A stretch of 64,000 nucleotides of DNA from the NCBI GenBank assembly GCA_037130175.1, contig JBAXTN010000006.1, positions 21,829 to 85,828 of the forward strand, in the 5' to 3' direction. This document shows, piece by piece, positions 1 through 10,373 of the stretch. A program made the position numbers and the translations under genes. The stretch comes from a bacterium (GTDB lineage: Bacteria; Verrucomicrobiota; Verrucomicrobiia; Chthoniobacterales; UBA6821). The notes beneath the pieces are model-generated. The model searched no databases. It saw nothing but the letters and a program-made list of their open reading frames with translations, and had not been told where the DNA came from. The stretch's first letter is position 1. Every line of letters starts with the position of its first letter.

Positions 1-1
1 G

Positions 2-2290
2 CTCTGGCAAAAGACGGGATGGCGCGTCGTGCTTCTGAGTGCCACCGAGGGGGAGGGGGAGCGTTTTCGAGAGCTTGCAGCTTCTTCCAACTTGAAAAAG
101 ATTCCCGAGACGAGGATCGGGGCGATATCCCGTGGGTTCTGTTTTCCACAGGGGAAGCTTGCCGTGCTCTCCGATGCGGAGCTTTTCGGTCGTTCTGCAA
201 CACAGCGACTGCGTCGCCTGCAACAACGAAGGGAGCGTCAACGGATGGCCCGTTCAGCGATGGATTTCACGGAATTTGCCGAGGGCGATCTCGTGGTGCA
301 TTCGGATCATGGATTGGGGCGGTATCTTGGTTTACAGAGACTCCCGTCGGCGGACGGGACGGAGGGGGAAGTCCTCGCTCTGGAATTTGAGGGTGAGGCG
401 CGACTCTTTGTTCCGATCGAACAAGCCTGGCAGGTCTCACGGTATGTGGGAGTGGGGAGACATCTCCCCGATCTCTCCAGACTGGGTGATGACAAGTGGC
501 AGAAGTCGCGTCAAGCAGCCGAGAAATCGGTTTTTCTGTACGCCGGGCGACTTCTGAAACTGCAAGCAGAGCGTGAAACGGGACAAGGGCATGCCTTTGG
601 CCCCGATACTCCGTGGCAACGGGAACTCGAACAGAGTTTTCCCTACAGGGAAACCCCCGATCAGCTGAGGGCTCTTGGTGAAATCAAGCAGGATATGGAA
701 TCACGCCGTCCCATGGATCGTCTGCTCTGCGGGGATGTTGGATTTGGCAAAACCGAGGTGGCCCTGAGAGCGGCTTTCAAGACGCTCATGGGTGGCAAGC
801 AGGTTGTCTTTCTCGCCCCCACCACAGTCCTGGCCCAACAGCATGCAAGAACGCTTAGGGAACGGATGAGTGAGTATCCGGTCAGCATTGAGCTCCTGAG
901 TCGTTATCGCACTGCCGCCGAACAAAGGCAGGTGGTGAAGGGATTGGCCGACGGATCGGTCGATCTGGTCGTTGGCACACACCGTCTTCTTTCACCCGAC
1001 GTGAGTTTCAAGAATCTTGGGATGGTCATTGTTGATGAGGAGCAACGCTTCGGAGTGAAACATAAGGAGGTATTGAAAAACCGGTTCCGTCTCGTCGATG
1101 TGCTGACGCTTTCCGCAACCCCGATACCGAGGACACTTTATCTCTCGCTCATGGGGGCGCGTGATATGTCGGTGATCGAGACTCCCCCTCCTGCCCGTCA
1201 ACCTGTGGAGACGGTGATCTGCGCCTATGATGAACGGATCATCCGCGATGCCATCCAGAGGGAACGAGCCCGTGGCGGGCAGGTATTTCTCCTGCACAAC
1301 CGGATCGGTTCCATTGAAAAGGTGGCGGCGCGGGTCTCTGAACTCTGCCCAGGTGCCCGCGTGCTAATCGGTCATGGCCGGATGGAGGAGGGAGAGTTGG
1401 AGGGGGTCATGAAACGCTTTGTCGAGGGGGATGCCGATGTGCTTGTCTCTACCACGATCATCGAGAGCGGTCTTGATATTCCGAATGCGAATACGATCAT
1501 CATCGACCGCGCCGATCGCTTCGGCCTTGCCGATCTCTACCAACTGCGGGGCCGCGTCGGAAGAGGTCGCCAGAAAGCCTATGCCTATCTGATGCTTCCC
1601 CGGGACATGATGATGGCGGGAGAGGCCAGAAAGCGCGTGCAGGCAATCAGGCAATATTCCCAGCTCGGAGCAGGGTTTCGGATCGCAATGCGTGATCTGG
1701 AAATACGGGGCGCCGGGAATCTCCTCGGCACAGCCCAGAGCGGACACATCGCTGCAGTCGGTTTTGATCTCTATTGCCGGATGCTTCGTCAGGCTGTGGA
1801 GAGAATGAAGGGAGTGCCTGGATCAGCAGCATCTCCACTTGATCAGCAGGCGTTGCTGAGGCTCGATTTTGTAGCGCTTACCGAGGAGGAGATGATGACC
1901 GGTTCCACTGCGGGCAAGGAAGGTAAAATTCATCGCTGCGGTGCCTATATTCCCGTGGAGTACCTTCCAGAGGCGAAGCTTCGCATCGAGGCGCACCGTT
2001 CCCTGGCTGCCGTCCCCAACCCTGAAGCACTCGAGGGTTTGAGTGATGCTTGGCGCGATCGTTTCGGCCCTTTTCCAAAGGAAGTTTCGCATCTGCTCAT
2101 GATGGAACGCATCCGCAGGGCAGCCGCCGACAGGGGAATTACAAAGGTTGAAACACGGGGGGAACGACTCATGCTGACGCGTCGCGGGGATTTTCTTCTG
2201 ATGGGGCATAAGTTTCCGCGCTTGACGGCTTCCAAACCCGCTTCCAAGCTTTCCGAGATTTTACGCATTCTCGAGGCACTGAAACAGTAA
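2..2290 (+). CDS. mfd: Transcription-repair coupling factor Mfd, C-terminal ~760 aa (5' end lies upstream of the window)
   Basis: The frame is open from base 2, with no stop before the listed ORF 29..2290. It has a CarD/TRCF RNAP-interaction segment (GDLVVHSDHGLGRYLGL), SF2 helicase motifs GDVGFGKTEVA, IVDEEQRFGV, TLSATPIPRTL and QLRGRVGRG, then a TRCF C-terminal domain. Confidence 0.95.
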   Translation, partial: LWQKTGWRVVLLSATEGEGERFRELAASSNLKKIPETRIGAISRGFCFPQGKLAVLSDAELFGRSATQRLRRLQQRRERQRMARSAMDFTEFAEGDLVVHSDHGLGRYLGLQRLPSADGTEGEVLALEFEGEARLFVPIEQAWQVSRYVGVGRHLPDLSRLGDDKWQKSRQAAEKSVFLYAGRLLKLQAERETGQGHAFGPDTPWQRELEQSFPYRETPDQLRALGEIKQDMESRRPMDRLLCGDVGFGKTEVALRAAFKTLMGGKQVVFLAPTTVLAQQHARTLRERMSEYPVSIELLSRYRTAAEQRQVVKGLADGSVDLVVGTHRLLSPDVSFKNLGMVIVDEEQRFGVKHKEVLKNRFRLVDVLTLSATPIPRTLYLSLMGARDMSVIETPPPARQPVETVICAYDERIIRDAIQRERARGGQVFLLHNRIGSIEKVAARVSELCPGARVLIGHGRMEEGELEGVMKRFVEGDADVLVSTTIIESGLDIPNANTIIIDRADRFGLADLYQLRGRVGRGRQKAYAYLMLPRDMMMAGEARKRVQAIRQYSQLGAGFRIAMRDLEIRGAGNLLGTAQSGHIAAVGFDLYCRMLRQAVERMKGVPGSAASPLDQQALLRLDFVALTEEEMMTGSTAGKEGKIHRCGAYIPVEYLPEAKLRIEAHRSLAAVPNPEALEGLSDAWRDRFGPFPKEVSHLLMMERIRRAAADRGITKVETRGERLMLTRRGDFLLMGHKFPRLTASKPASKLSEILRILEALKQ

Positions 2291-2322
2291 GCTCCCATTT
2301 CGGAACATTCCTTTCACTGCCT

Positions 2323-3312
2323 TTGCCGATCATGATCCCTTATCGATTCCTTACATTTCTAGTCCTTTTGATCCTTCTTTCCGTTCCGCTTCGGGCAGCC
2401 GAAGAGGTGGTGAACGGTATAGCCGCCGTAGTGAATGGTGAGGTCATTACTTTTTCGCAGGTCCGGGAACTGGCGGCGGCTCAGGAAAAATCAGCTTCCG
2501 AGGTGTACCACGGTGAGGAACTCCAGAAGAAACTCAAGGATGTGCGTCAGCATACGATCAAGGATCTCATCGACAGGGCGCTCATCTTGCAGGAGTTCAA
2601 AAAACGGGAATTCAATATTCCCGGATATGTGGTCGATGACAGCGTGCAACGCATCATCCGGCAGGAATTTGGCGGTGATCGCATGGCCTTTGTCCGAACC
2701 CTTCAGGCTCAGGGATTCTCCATGGCCCGATTCCGTAATATCGAGAAGGACAAGATCACCGTGCAGGCGATGCGACAGTCCAAAGTCAGCGACAACATCA
2801 TCGTCTCGCCGGTCAAGATCCGGGAATTTTACAATAAAAACGCAGGGACCTACACGACTCCTGAACAGGTCAAGCTCAGGATGATCGTGCTTCGGGAAGG
2901 GACTGCTTCAGGGGGTGATGCCACCGATCCTGGTGTGGGCAAAAAGCAGATGGCCCGAGAGATCCATGACAAGCTTGCGGGAGGGGCTGAGTTTGACCGT
3001 CTTGCCCAGATGTATTCGGAAGACTCCACAAATGAATCAGGGGGGGATTGGGGCTGGATCGAGCGCAAGACTCTTAATGAAGAACTCGCCAAGGTGGCGT
3101 TTTCAATGAAGAAGGGGCAAATCAGCGATGTTATCCAAATTGACAACGCATTCTATATTATCATGGTGGAGGACAAGAAACCGGCGATTACCAAGCCGTT
3201 GTCCGAAGTACAGCAGGAAATCGTCCAGAACCTGATCCAGCAGGAAAAACTCAAGACGCAGGATCAGTGGCTGGAGAGCCTGCGCAAAAAGGCCTATATC
3301 AAGATTCTGTAG
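2323..3312 (+). CDS. Periplasmic chaperone / parvulin-type peptidyl-prolyl isomerase (SurA/PpiD-like)
   Basis: Signal peptide (FLTFLVLLILLSVPLRAAEE), a SurA-N-like helical region and a C-terminal parvulin PPIC domain (SGGDWGWIERKTLNEELAKVAFSMKKGQISDVIQIDNAFYIIMVEDKK). The start is TTG 2323 or ATG 2332. It lies directly upstream of pdxA, as surA does in E. coli. Confidence 0.85.
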   Translation: MPIMIPYRFLTFLVLLILLSVPLRAAEEVVNGIAAVVNGEVITFSQVRELAAAQEKSASEVYHGEELQKKLKDVRQHTIKDLIDRALILQEFKKREFNIPGYVVDDSVQRIIRQEFGGDRMAFVRTLQAQGFSMARFRNIEKDKITVQAMRQSKVSDNIIVSPVKIREFYNKNAGTYTTPEQVKLRMIVLREGTASGGDATDPGVGKKQMAREIHDKLAGGAEFDRLAQMYSEDSTNESGGDWGWIERKTLNEELAKVAFSMKKGQISDVIQIDNAFYIIMVEDKKPAITKPLSEVQQEIVQNLIQQEKLKTQDQWLESLRKKAYIKIL

Positions 3313-3358
3313 GCAAGGAAGATTGAGGATTTGAAATCTGATCCGCCGGTTTTTCCAG

Positions 3359-4228
3359 ATGAAAGATTCTTCCCTCCCCGTCATCGGTCTCGTTGCCGGC
3401 GATCCCGCAGGTGTAGGGCCCGAGTTGCTGGCCGAGACATTGAAACAGGTTCCCGCAGGTGTGTGTCTGCAAGTCATCGGCGACCCATCGCCTTGCAATT
3501 CAGGGGTTCCTGACAGGGAAGGATCACTCCGAGCCATTGCTTCGCTTGAAGAGGCGGCACGGAGGGTCGTTGCCCAAGAGTTGGCGGCGGTTGTCACCGG
3601 ACCTGTAAACAAAAGGCATCTGCACGAGGTTGGATTCGAATTTCCCGGACAGACTGAATTTTTCGCTGCGCGGGCCAGAGTGAACAACTTTGCCATGTTG
3701 CTCACTGGAGGCGGTCTGACCGTGGCGCTCGTCACCGCTCATCTGCCGCTCAAGCTGGTTTCAGAACAGCTTACCACCTCTGAGATTGTCAGGGTGGGGG
3801 AACTGCTGGCGGACTTTCTGAAGCGACGAGGGATTCCTTCACCCCGTATTGCCGTGGCGGGGCTCAATCCTCATGCGGGGGAAAACGGAGATTTGGGGGA
3901 TGAGGAGCTCGTGGTGATTGCTCCGGCCCTCCCCCTATTGAACGCTGCGAGTCCCGGCACATCCTTCTCCGGACCCTGGAGCCCTGACACGGTTTTCTGG
4001 AGAGCCTCCCAGGGAGAGTTTGATGCCGTCCTCTGCATGTATCACGATCAGGGACTGATCCCGCTGAAGTTACTCGGCTTCCACGTCGGGGTGAATGTGA
4101 CGATCGGCCTCCCGTTCATCCGTACAAGCCCCGATCATGGAACTGCCTATGAGATCGCAGGAAAAGGAATTGCCCGCCCTGAGAGTTTTCTCTCAGCTGT
4201 GCGACTGGCTGCCGAGTTGGTACGATGA
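3359..4228 (+). CDS. pdxA: 4-hydroxythreonine-4-phosphate dehydrogenase
   Basis: PdxA motifs are present end to end: GDPAGVGPEL, TGPVNK, FPGQTEFF, AHLPL, GLNPHAGENG, MYHDQGLIPLK, SPDHGTAYEIAGKG. Confidence 0.93.
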   Translation: MKDSSLPVIGLVAGDPAGVGPELLAETLKQVPAGVCLQVIGDPSPCNSGVPDREGSLRAIASLEEAARRVVAQELAAVVTGPVNKRHLHEVGFEFPGQTEFFAARARVNNFAMLLTGGGLTVALVTAHLPLKLVSEQLTTSEIVRVGELLADFLKRRGIPSPRIAVAGLNPHAGENGDLGDEELVVIAPALPLLNAASPGTSFSGPWSPDTVFWRASQGEFDAVLCMYHDQGLIPLKLLGFHVGVNVTIGLPFIRTSPDHGTAYEIAGKGIARPESFLSAVRLAAELVR

Positions 4229-4366
4229 AATTTGCGTGGAGAGGCTAGCTGTGATCTCAGGAAAAGCTAATTATACCTGCGCTTGCCTAAGCCATACCCC
4301 TGTGCAGAGTATGGACATAGAAACAGTTTTTCATCAGAATCCTGACACGTCCTCCCACCCTCCCTT

Positions 4367-5413
4367 ATGAAACATCACTTCTTTTCATCAGTCATTCTGG
4401 CAACTCTTTTCCTGATGCTGTTGCCTATCGCATCCCGTGCCGAACTCCCTCAGGAACAGGCTTTTCATGAGCTGATCGGCATGGAGGTGAGAAACTACCA
4501 GAATGAAAAGCTGGGCAGGATTCAAAGCATCATCGCCGATGTCGCAAATGGCCGCATTGCGGAGGTTGTTGTCAACTCAGGTGGGGGCTTTGCGGGCATG
4601 GGCGGCAAACTCATCGCGCTCCCTCCGCGTGCGCTCGTTCCTGATTTCACTGCCAAGGTTCTGAGAGTCGATGTAAGCAAGGCGCGCTTCGACGCAGGGC
4701 CACGATTTGACTCGTCCCATATGAAGGAAGCTACACAGCGTGCCAAAATCGCCGAGGTCATTCGTTATTATGGATTGGTGCCGTGGTTTGCGTTGGATGG
4801 GCAGAAGTTGGAAAAAAACGGCCAGCTCCTTCAGCTTGACCACCTGGAGAGAACCTCTCACATCCTTGATTTGCCGGTTCATTCCTCCAAAGGCGATTAC
4901 CTCGGCATGGTTGATACCCTCTTTATGGATGTGCCGAAGGGGTTTCTCTATCATGTCGTTGTTGCCGATCCTTCGAGATCCCTTCCGCATCGGGTTCTGC
5001 AATCCCGATCTCTCAGCTACAATCCTTCGAAGACACGTCTGATCTGGGATGCCTCATATGTCGATGTAGCGGACAAGCCTCTCTTTCAATGGAATGGGAA
5101 TGACAGGAGGACTTTCCAGCAGGAGTCATATGTCAATAGGGAGCCTGGCGTCGCTGCGGGACAACCGCTCCGCCAAGGAACGGATCAGCGTGACCGGGAC
5201 AAGACAGCTCGCATCAGGGCGTCGATCCAAGCTGATCCCCAGCTTGCAGTGGCGGCCAAAGGCGTCGAGGTGGCCACATGGCATTCCCTGACCACCTTGA
5301 GGGGACAGGTCACTTCGGAGTCAATCCGCCAGAAAATTGGACAAATTGCGCAAAATGCCGGACGTCCCGAGAATGTGAGCAATCTGATTCAGGTCGGTGG
5401 AGTTGCCCGCTGA
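4367..5413 (+). CDS. Secreted PRC-barrel domain protein with C-terminal BON-like domain
   Basis: N-terminal signal peptide (VILATLFLMLLPIASRA). There are two PRC-barrel-like segments (MEVRNYQNEKLGRIQSIIADVANGRIAEVVV; DLPVHSSKGDYLGMVDTLFMDVPKGFLYHVVV) and a BON-like C-terminus (VEVATWHSLTTLRGQVTSESIRQKIGQIAQNAGRPENVSNLIQV). Confidence 0.7.
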   Translation: MKHHFFSSVILATLFLMLLPIASRAELPQEQAFHELIGMEVRNYQNEKLGRIQSIIADVANGRIAEVVVNSGGGFAGMGGKLIALPPRALVPDFTAKVLRVDVSKARFDAGPRFDSSHMKEATQRAKIAEVIRYYGLVPWFALDGQKLEKNGQLLQLDHLERTSHILDLPVHSSKGDYLGMVDTLFMDVPKGFLYHVVVADPSRSLPHRVLQSRSLSYNPSKTRLIWDASYVDVADKPLFQWNGNDRRTFQQESYVNREPGVAAGQPLRQGTDQRDRDKTARIRASIQADPQLAVAAKGVEVATWHSLTTLRGQVTSESIRQKIGQIAQNAGRPENVSNLIQVGGVAR

Positions 5414-5536
5414 GCAGGCACTCAGGTCCGGAGGAGATTTTCTTCCAAGAGAAGAGCCGAGGGAATCCGCTGATTATCGTCGGGGAGAGTCTTTTTGTAA
5501 CCGGCGTCCGGAAAGAAGTGTGGTGAAAGACAGTTT

Positions 5537-7054
5537 TTGATTGATCGAAGAGGCCAGTCCGTTTGGTCTTTAAAGGTGGAACAGTCACCTCTCAGCGAAC
5601 TCGTTGCCGTCCGTCGGCAGAAACTTGCAGCACTCCGTGATCTCGGAGTCGATCCCTTCGGCCAGGCTTTTGAAACCAGTGGCACCGTGGCCGAGGTCAG
5701 GGCTGCCTTTGCGGAAGGTCTGGCCGTCCGACTTGCGGGGCGCATCACCGCCTACCGCGACATGGGGAAGAGTCGCTTTCTTGATCTCTCTGACATCGGC
5801 GGACGGATGCAGGTCTATCTGAATGCCAAGGAGGTCGATGCGGCGGCCCTTGCCGTGGCTGCCCAACTTGACATCGGGGATTTTATCGGTGTGGAGGGAG
5901 AGTGCTTCACCACGAAGACGGGTGAGCCAAGCATCAAGGTGAAAGGTCTCACGATGCTTTCCAAATCACTCCGTCCACTGCCTGACAAGTGGCATGGGGT
6001 TCAGGATGCCGAGACACGCTACCGCCAGCGTTACCTTGATCTGATTGCCAATCTTGATTCACGCGAGACCTTCCTGCAACGCACCATGATCGTCCGCGAG
6101 ATCCGGAAATTTCTTGATGAGCGCGGATTTCTTGAAGTCGAGACACCGATGATGCAGGCGATACCCGGAGGAGCAGCCGCAGAGCCGTTCAAGACCCATC
6201 ACAATGCCCTCGGGATGGATTTTTATCTTCGCATCGCTCCCGAGCTCTATCTCAAGCGCCTGCTGGTGGCTGGGTTTCCTAAGGTCTTTGAACTCAACCG
6301 AAGCTTCCGCAATGAAGGGATCTCACGACGCCATAATCCCGAGTTCACCATGCTAGAGGCCTATTGGGCTTATGCTGATTTCAATCTTATGTCCGTTCTT
6401 GTCGAGGAGATGGTCTGCCATCTCGCCGTGATGCTCGGGAATGCAGACCTTCAGGTGCATCATCGCGACGCCGGGGGGGAGATCACGCGCACGATCAATC
6501 TCTCACGCCCATGGAAGCGCGCTTCATACGAGGAGTTGATCGAGAGCGCTGTACCGGGGTGGTTTGCGATGGATAAATCCGGCAAGCAGCAACGCTGCAC
6601 CGAACTCAAACTCGATATTTCCCATTGTCCCGAGGAATTTGAAATGACCCAGCATGTCTTTGAAAAGCTGGTGGAGGAGAAGACCATCGATCCCTGTTTT
6701 GTCACCCATGTTCCCAAGGAGCTTGTCCCGCTGGCCCGCCTCAATGATGCCGATCCCTCTAAGGTCGATGTCTATGAGCTGATCATCAACGGTCAGGAAA
6801 TCTCACCCGGATATTCCGAGCTGAATGATCCCGATCTCCAGAGGCATAGGTTGGAGCACCAGGCGGGGGAGGAACAGCAGAAGATCGATACGGAATTTTT
6901 GGAGGCGATGGAATACGGTATGCCTCCCGCAGGCGGAATTGGGATCGGCATTGATCGGCTCGTCATGCTACTGACGGGAGCCGAGTCGATCAGGGATGTC
7001 ATTCTCTTTCCGCATTTAAAGCAGCGTCCGGCGCGGGGCGCTGGGGAAGCGTGA
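5537..7054 (+). CDS. lysS: Lysyl-tRNA synthetase, class II
   Basis: OB anticodon-binding domain plus class II motifs (FRNEGISRRHNPEFTMLEAY; MPPAGGIGIGIDRLVMLL). The listed start is TTG 5537; an in-frame GTG at 5576 is an alternative. Confidence 0.95.
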   Translation: MIDRRGQSVWSLKVEQSPLSELVAVRRQKLAALRDLGVDPFGQAFETSGTVAEVRAAFAEGLAVRLAGRITAYRDMGKSRFLDLSDIGGRMQVYLNAKEVDAAALAVAAQLDIGDFIGVEGECFTTKTGEPSIKVKGLTMLSKSLRPLPDKWHGVQDAETRYRQRYLDLIANLDSRETFLQRTMIVREIRKFLDERGFLEVETPMMQAIPGGAAAEPFKTHHNALGMDFYLRIAPELYLKRLLVAGFPKVFELNRSFRNEGISRRHNPEFTMLEAYWAYADFNLMSVLVEEMVCHLAVMLGNADLQVHHRDAGGEITRTINLSRPWKRASYEELIESAVPGWFAMDKSGKQQRCTELKLDISHCPEEFEMTQHVFEKLVEEKTIDPCFVTHVPKELVPLARLNDADPSKVDVYELIINGQEISPGYSELNDPDLQRHRLEHQAGEEQQKIDTEFLEAMEYGMPPAGGIGIGIDRLVMLLTGAESIRDVILFPHLKQRPARGAGEA

Positions 7055-8379
7055 ACACCGATAAGGAATCAGAGGAGGAGTATCAGGGGCCCCTAGGGTT
7101 ATTTCCTGTCCCGTATTCTCGGGGTGTCTTCAACTTTCATTGGTTCAATTTCTTCAATGCAATCTGCTTCCAGATCATTTTGGGAGCCCCCACCGTGCTT
7201 CTGGCTAAGGAACTTGGCGCCAGTTCGACAATCCTCGGCATCATTGCGGCCTTCACTCCCCTGATGACAACGCTTCAATTGCCGGCGGCCAGACACCTTG
7301 GAATGTATAGCTACCGATCCTTTACCCTGATGGGGTGGGGTCTTAGGTCGATCTTTATCGCCACCTCGGCGATTGTTCCCCTGCTCTACTTTTTCACGAA
7401 GGAAATCCGTCTGGGACTACTCCTCGCAAGCCTCTTCTTTTTTAATGTCCTGAGGGGTATTTCATCGGCGGCGTTCCTTCCCTGGATCACCAATGTGGTG
7501 CAGGGAACGATGAGGGGAAGGTTTATCAGCATCGACCAGACATTTGTCTATGGCGGTTCCCTGATCACCATGTTCCTCTCATCACTGATGATGAGAGGCC
7601 AGGTGGAACCGTGGCGCTATTCACTGGTGCTATGGCTTTCCGTGGCCGGATCCGTGATCAGCCTGCTCTTTCTCCGTCTCATTCCCGACCCTCCTCATCC
7701 TGATCGGGAGAAAAGCCCCTCCCGGCCGGTTCCCCTCCGCGTGATGGTGTCGCTGGAACCCTTCCGTAACAGCATCCTCTTCAGTCTTCTCTTCACGACT
7801 GTTGCCGGTGGTTTGGGAGTCTTTCCGATCGAGTATCTCAGGATGCAGGCTCAATTTTCCCCATCCGCGATCTATGCCCTCTCCGCTGCTTCCTTCATTG
7901 CACCGATGATCACGCTCCAGTGGGTCGGTGCCCGAGTGGATCGTCTGGGAAGCATCCCGATGATCCGATATTCAGTCTCTCTCTTTGCAGTGGTTCTCGC
8001 ACTCTGGTTTGCCATGTCAGCGGGACTCATTCCCCACGATTGGAAGCTTGTCCTGCTACTCAATCTGCTTGGAGGTGTCGCGATGGCGGGGGTCAATATG
8101 GCCAACCTCCATCTCGGAATGGCGGTTGTTCCGGAGTCCGGCAAGAATCATTTTTTTGCAATGACCACGGTGATCACCAGTTTTGGAATGGGAATTGTTC
8201 CTGTGCTCTGGGGCTGGCTGCTTGATGCGCTGGGTGGGATGGATTTGGTGTATGGTCCCTTTCATCTTCGACGACACAGCATTTACTTTCTGGGCGTCTG
8301 CCTACTTTCCCTATGCACGCTGCTAGCAAGCAGAATACTGATTGATCCGGGTCAGAGTGGCAGGATGAAAAAATCCTGA
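7051..8379 (+). CDS. MFS-type transporter
   Basis: 442-aa polytopic membrane protein. It has two blocks of hydrophobic helices separated by a charged loop (PDPPHPDREKSPSRP). The GTG start overlaps the lysS stop (GTGA). Confidence 0.7.
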   Translation: MNTDKESEEEYQGPLGLFPVPYSRGVFNFHWFNFFNAICFQIILGAPTVLLAKELGASSTILGIIAAFTPLMTTLQLPAARHLGMYSYRSFTLMGWGLRSIFIATSAIVPLLYFFTKEIRLGLLLASLFFFNVLRGISSAAFLPWITNVVQGTMRGRFISIDQTFVYGGSLITMFLSSLMMRGQVEPWRYSLVLWLSVAGSVISLLFLRLIPDPPHPDREKSPSRPVPLRVMVSLEPFRNSILFSLLFTTVAGGLGVFPIEYLRMQAQFSPSAIYALSAASFIAPMITLQWVGARVDRLGSIPMIRYSVSLFAVVLALWFAMSAGLIPHDWKLVLLLNLLGGVAMAGVNMANLHLGMAVVPESGKNHFFAMTTVITSFGMGIVPVLWGWLLDALGGMDLVYGPFHLRRHSIYFLGVCLLSLCTLLASRILIDPGQSGRMKKS

Positions 8380-8419
8380 TTCAGATTTTTCTCTTTAGGA
8401 TTTTTCTTACCCCCGAGAC

Positions 8420-9739
8420 ATGGCACCGTTCGGTATGAGTTTGCCTGCACCGCTCTTTCTGGCGGCCCGTTATTTAAAACCTAAGCGCACTTTTCTGGCT
8501 GTAATCACACTGATCTCCGTGATCGGGGTGACGCTTGGAATCACTGTTCTGATTCTTGTGATGTCAGTCATGACGGGATTCGAGAAGGAACTGCAACGCA
8601 AAGTGATAGGGTTTGATGCCCATCTCCTGATTTCAAATAACGGTCTCATGGACGAGTGGCATGATGTGGCTGCCAAAATTGCAAAGGCTCCCGGAGTGCT
8701 GGCTTCTGCTCCCTTCGTGCAGGGGCCTGTGATCGTGGAGTTCAATCATCAGAGACTTGCCCCTAAAATTAGGGGGGTTGATGCCGGGCTCGAAAAAAAA
8801 ATGGATGATCTTTCCAAGTTCATCATTGCCGGGAAACTGGATCTTGATGGAGACAACGCCGTCGTCGGCTCTGAGTTGGCACGGGCGCTTGGCGTTCATG
8901 TGGGCGATGTCATCACCATTTACTCGCCGAGAAATCTCGGTGAGGTGATCGAGCGGCTTGATCGGCTCAAGAAGAGTCATGGCAAATCCACAGAAACGAA
9001 TAAGGGAGGGGATATTGACTCTCTGCGGGAGCTTGTGTTGCCTACAGAGGTCACTGTCACGGGAATCTTTGAGAGTGGTCGTTATCTCTATGACAGCGAG
9101 TTTCTCGTCGTCCCTCTGCATATCGCCCAGGAGCTCTACGGTCTTGGTGGTTCAGTGCATGGACTTGCCGTGCGAACCATTGACCCGGATCGTGCCGCCG
9201 ACATCAGGGAAGAAGTGCGCGCTCTCATCGGTGATGATCTCTCCTGTACGACTTGGATGGATATGAACAAGCAGCTCTTTGATGCCATTTCCATGGAGCG
9301 CCATGTCATGTTTTTCCTGCTCATGTTCATTATTCTTGTGGCCGCCTTCGGCATCATGAACACCCTCATTACCATGACCGTTCAGAAAACCCGTGAAATC
9401 GGTGTCCTCAAGGCACTCGGTGCCCGCACATGGCAGGTGATCTCTGTCTTTCTGATCCAGGGAATGGTGATCGGTGTGTTTGGTGTCGCCAGCGGGCTTG
9501 CCCTTGGTATGACTCTTATCCGCTGGCGCAATGAGGTGAGTCAATGGCTGGCCCACACGCTTGGCGTGGAGATTTTTCCTCGGAGCGTCTATCAATTTAA
9601 TGAAATTCCCGCCGAGGTCGTGCCAAGCGATGTGGCGATGATCTGTCTCTGCGCCTTTATCATCTGCTCACTTGCGGCACTTATTCCGGCATGGATCGCC
9701 TCCCGGCTTGATCCGGTTAAAGCCCTGCGATGCGAGTAG
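8420..9739 (+). CDS. LolC/LolE-family lipoprotein-releasing ABC transporter permease (MacB/FtsX-like)
   Basis: N-terminus LFLAARYLKPKRTFLAVITLISVIGVTLGITVLILVMSVMTGFEKELQRKV, a large periplasmic domain and a C-terminal FtsX 3-helix bundle (KTREIGVLKALGA...). ATG 8435 is an alternative start. No lolD-like ATPase gene is adjacent. Confidence 0.85.
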   Translation: MAPFGMSLPAPLFLAARYLKPKRTFLAVITLISVIGVTLGITVLILVMSVMTGFEKELQRKVIGFDAHLLISNNGLMDEWHDVAAKIAKAPGVLASAPFVQGPVIVEFNHQRLAPKIRGVDAGLEKKMDDLSKFIIAGKLDLDGDNAVVGSELARALGVHVGDVITIYSPRNLGEVIERLDRLKKSHGKSTETNKGGDIDSLRELVLPTEVTVTGIFESGRYLYDSEFLVVPLHIAQELYGLGGSVHGLAVRTIDPDRAADIREEVRALIGDDLSCTTWMDMNKQLFDAISMERHVMFFLLMFIILVAAFGIMNTLITMTVQKTREIGVLKALGARTWQVISVFLIQGMVIGVFGVASGLALGMTLIRWRNEVSQWLAHTLGVEIFPRSVYQFNEIPAEVVPSDVAMICLCAFIICSLAALIPAWIASRLDPVKALRCE

Positions 9740-9768
9740 GATCGGATGCAGGATTCAGAACGAAGGGG

Positions 9769-10332
9769 CTAAAAAAACGCCAGCCTTAACCCGTCGATCA
9801 TCAATGCCGCCCCGAAGAGGATGGCTCCCCAGCAGGCGACATCCCACCGCCATTTTGCCCCACAGACCCAGCCGATCAGATCACGGTGAAGATAGGGCAT
9901 GCCGACGAGGAAGAGTCCGGCAAGCGCCCAGACATAAGCCAGAGATGCCAGTGCGAAATGGAGAAAACCATGTTGAAGGAAGGTAGTTTCAAGAACCGGA
10001 TGTGCCGCCAGTAGCAGAAGGAATCCAAGAGAACGCGAGGAGAGGAAATCAGGCACAAACTTCCAGAGGAGTGCCGCCCCCACCACAATTGCGATCATCA
10101 CCATGTTACGCATTGGGGAAAATTCACCCAGATCCGTCGTCGCTGCGACAATCAGTAGCCAGAGGACAGTGACTGAAAGCAGAACGGTTCCCCAGGTGCG
10201 GGATCGCGGAAAAGCCCGGGCCGTGGTCATGAAGAAATCCGCAGCCAGCAGGCCAAAGAGATGGGATGCGAGAATCGGAGTCCCGATCAAGATGGCGACA
10301 ATCGGAAGATCGGGGGTCGAAGAAAAGTCCAT
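9769..10332 (-). CDS. Hypothetical integral membrane protein
   Basis: ORF 9769..10392 encodes several hydrophobic helices. Internal Met21 (MDFSSTPDLPIVAILIG, 10332) avoids overlap with the rnc stop region. No recognisable family. Confidence 0.55.
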   Translation of the reverse strand: MDFSSTPDLPIVAILIGTPILASHLFGLLAADFFMTTARAFPRSRTWGTVLLSVTVLWLLIVAATTDLGEFSPMRNMVMIAIVVGAALLWKFVPDFLSSRSLGFLLLLAAHPVLETTFLQHGFLHFALASLAYVWALAGLFLVGMPYLHRDLIGWVCGAKWRWDVACWGAILFGAALMIDGLRLAFF

Positions 10333-10373
10333 GAGGATTGGGAATAAAATTGAGGGTCGTGATGTTGTGGCCT

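Noticed and set aside
19-390. 123-aa ORF at the left edge in a different frame from mfd.
   Set aside because: It overlaps the conserved Mfd RNAP-interaction domain frame and is Gly/Arg-rich, so it is a shadow ORF.
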